DNA of 49,858 bases from positions 1 to 49,858 of the forward strand of contig MQRK01215205.1 in the NCBI GenBank assembly GCA_001938485.1, written 5' to 3'. This document shows, piece after piece, positions 48,701 through 49,858 of this stretch. The position numbers were made by a program, and so were the translations under genes. Every line of letters begins with the position of its first letter. Position 1 is the first letter of the stretch. This stretch comes from Girardia tigrina (taxonomy: Eukaryota). The notes beneath the pieces were generated by a model. The model did no database searches. It worked only from the letters and a program-made list of their open reading frames with translations, and was not told the origin of the DNA.

Positions 48701-49077
48701 AATGTTTGGATTGTTAGGAAGGTTATTGATAGAAGATGCGGTGCTCTTGGAGTCGCTATAGAAGTCAGCAATGAAGAATATCCTTCAGATTGCTTTTTTA
48801 GAATTTTGTCAAATGTTGAATGTTCTGAACTGAAAAAGGTAAGAAAAGATTAGTTTCGCTTATATATTTGAAATCTTCATATATTTAAAGAAAATTGATG
48901 AGTTGTCCAAATGCCAAAATGTCGAAACAGCAAAATGGAATGATGAATCTCTGAAGATCAATGAAGTATTCCTGGAAATATTTCGATACAACACTAAATA
49001 TAGAATAAAAGTGTGGGCAATCAGAGATGAGGTCAAAGAGATCGCTTCCATGTTCATTGCTAACAAATATTCAAGAG
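30747..49077 (+). CDS. Signal peptide + multi-FN3 + kringle extracellular protein (receptor-like, 3'-partial). Exons 30747-30917, 30972-31228, 31276-31603, 31649-31826, 39757-39978, 41069-41235, 41287-41482, 42890-43177, 43220-43375, 47035-47175, 48248-48387, 48433-48601, 48648-48838, 48891-49077
   Basis: Fourteen GT-AG exons with consistent phases and a continuous open frame. N-terminal hydrophobic MLSFILTISLYLFLLQESSS. FN3 motifs include LSW..P, LTNLKERSWYQICI, LENLEICTRYCVSVKGGN.AG and LENLRENSSYLIKVRG. A few splice sites (41482, 48433) are less certain. Confidence 0.82.
32760..34080 (-). mobile_element. Non-LTR retrotransposon 3' fragment with restriction-like endonuclease (R2/R4/NeSL group)
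   Basis: Minus-strand ADKALGGFGL, a degenerate CCHC (ACYKGTETQ..VLCLC..DKHNAV), and IDVKTPYN..KARKNN*AKY..TIVVAYLGS. Confidence 0.8.
36831..36878. repeat. Short GC-rich inverted repeat resembling a collapsed Harbinger-type MITE
   Basis: GGATCCAGGG...CCCTGGATCC. Confidence 0.45.
37225..39310 (+). mobile_element. Highly degraded gypsy internal region (unrelated to families A and B)
   Basis: PBS-like TGGTGTCAGAA at ~37227; YISQFNLEIVHISGKSNIVADYLSR (end of RNase H), DIVGPLP and YLLTIIDRYINWFEVIPLRDITA (integrase); G-rich tract then TGTAGTGG at 39311. Confidence 0.7.
37596..37875 (-). mobile_element. mariner 3' end (C-terminus plus TIR)
   Basis: PSDYHLFSSMK..FFENGINKLPGRWQRCIDNDGCYFE; TA|CAGGTGTGTCAACTAAG terminus. 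Confidence 0.85.
39757..39978 (+). CDS. Kringle-domain exon (phase 1-1)
   Basis: DCVPLRGIYSGIRSSDKDGKQCTAW..NICSSVGDLTPWCPVANSWQYCDIPKC fits the kringle consensus (Y.G..S....G..C..W, PWC, W.YCDIP.C). Confidence 0.88.
41664..42121. mobile_element. MITE-like element with ~45-bp TIRs
   Basis: ATGAATTCAGACATTGATGTTGCAACCACTTCTCACAAA has a near-perfect reverse complement at 42075-42113. Confidence 0.7.
43556..45290 (+). mobile_element. Gypsy family A 5' portion: LTR (43556-44018), gag (43919-45070) and start of pol, truncated
   Basis: TG...CA LTR followed by TGG. gag has CWACDEEGHVRREC and CTHCQKRGHLRTIC knuckles. Homology to family B stops at ILKISKFKI. Confidence 0.92.
45670..45910 (-). mobile_element. 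Partial LTR of a third related family (C)
   Basis: Minus strand begins TGCGAGGAATATTTTG and contains CTCTCCTACCCAGATGGA, as in families A and B. Confidence 0.6.
46334..46457. mobile_element. PIF/Harbinger-type MITE
   Basis: TTA|GGGGCCGTCCATAAACGACGTCACG...CGTGACGTCATTTATGGACAACTCT|TTA; 3-bp TTA TSD. Confidence 0.8.
47200..48207 (-). mobile_element. Merlin (ISXO2/IS1016-like) DNA transposon, defective
   Basis: 28-bp TIRs GGTACTTAC(AT/GT).TTAAC.CCAC..CAGC; 8-bp TSD AAATATTG/AAATAATG; remnant MISGSTIYSDNWKDY..NYNFHDPDTG. Confidence 0.88.
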
Positions 49078-49740
49078 GTCTTCATTTAATTTTATAATCT
49101 AGACATAGCTATTAATATTCTGTAATTTCTGTAAAAGCAAAATTTCTAAGAGTAAGCAAAATTTAAACTTGTAAATTTTGAAAATAAATTTTCTTTATAA
49201 TCTACGTTGAATTATTTTTTAAAATAAAAGATGAAACCAACTTCATAAAGTATATTACCTTTCTCCGTCAGTTGTTAGAAAATCTAATGAAACTGAGAAA
49301 ACAAATACCCTTATGTATAATGGTAATATCACACCAAAAAGAAATTATCGTTTCCCGATTTGACAGCTAATGATCGATTATTATCCCTAGTATCACTGTA
49401 TCAGTTGTTGGGAGCGTTCATTAAATATAAAATTTTTGAATCTTATCAAATTATTAAATAAACAATTACATTCCGTAAAATATTGTTACAAAGAAGATTT
49501 TCAGAAATTTAATGTAAAAAATTAATTTAAGTAAGAAATAAAATAAATTTTACTGTAGGGTTATTAAAAGAATTATATAAAGATTTATTATAAAGTAAAA
49601 AAAGTTAATTTCAAATTTGATGAAAATATTTATTTGAAATAAAATAAAAAGCAATTTAAGTTTGATATTTTATTTGCGAAATAAAAGTAAACTAAACCAT
49701 TTTGGTAACTTTTAAATCAAAGTAAATTAAAAATGTGGTT

Positions 49741-49858
49741 AGTAGGGGAAAAATGGGGTTTCTCCCCACAAGACCCCCCCCCGGGGGGGGGTCGTAATTA
49801 GTTACCGTGGTTGCCATGGCAACGGTCGCGGTTACCATGGCAACGGTCGCGATCACCT
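49741..49858 (+). mobile_element. GC-rich terminus of a probable large DNA element (Polinton/Maverick-like TIR) with tandem RFX X-boxes
   Basis: Abrupt switch from AT-rich DNA at AGTAG, then a poly-C/poly-G palindrome and a 21-bp tandem unit containing GTT(G/A)CCATGGCAAC. The classification is an inference. Confidence 0.45.

Noticed and set aside
1-49858. Prokaryotic systems (CRISPR, operons), rRNA or tRNA genes
   Set aside because: None seen; the window is intron-containing eukaryotic DNA.

Overview
Very AT-rich animal genomic DNA with a bimodal intron size distribution (42-54 nt minimal introns versus multi-kb introns filled with transposons). The style is consistent with a planarian or other flatworm, which is an inference only. 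Two spliced host genes, both on the + strand, can be rebuilt by hand. (1) The 3' part of a HOIL-1/RBCK1-like RBR E3 ligase (6 exons, 2712-17598) with an extra IBR exon upstream of RING1-IBR-RING2. (2) The 5' part of a secreted or receptor-type protein with a signal peptide, many FN3 repeats and one kringle domain (30747 to >49077). Almost everything else is transposon debris: Tc1, maT, rosa-like, several mariners, pogo/Tigger, MULE, Merlin, piggyBac- and Harbinger-type MITEs, RTE and RLE-type LINE fragments, and a group of related gypsy LTR elements. One of these gypsy elements is full-length (22282-30014, TSD AACAT) and carries a nested 3.2-kb solo-LTR-like insert. A SEC22 pseudogene fragment lies in a HOIL-1 intron. 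The most notable observations are a Cys-rich Gag leader encoded inside the LTR and read through the PBS in two diverged families, a Merlin insertion into a reconstructable 56-nt intron whose TIR carries a perfect splice donor, and tandem RFX X-boxes in a probable Polinton-like terminus at the window end. There are two assembly gaps (9795-9970, 34401-35353).
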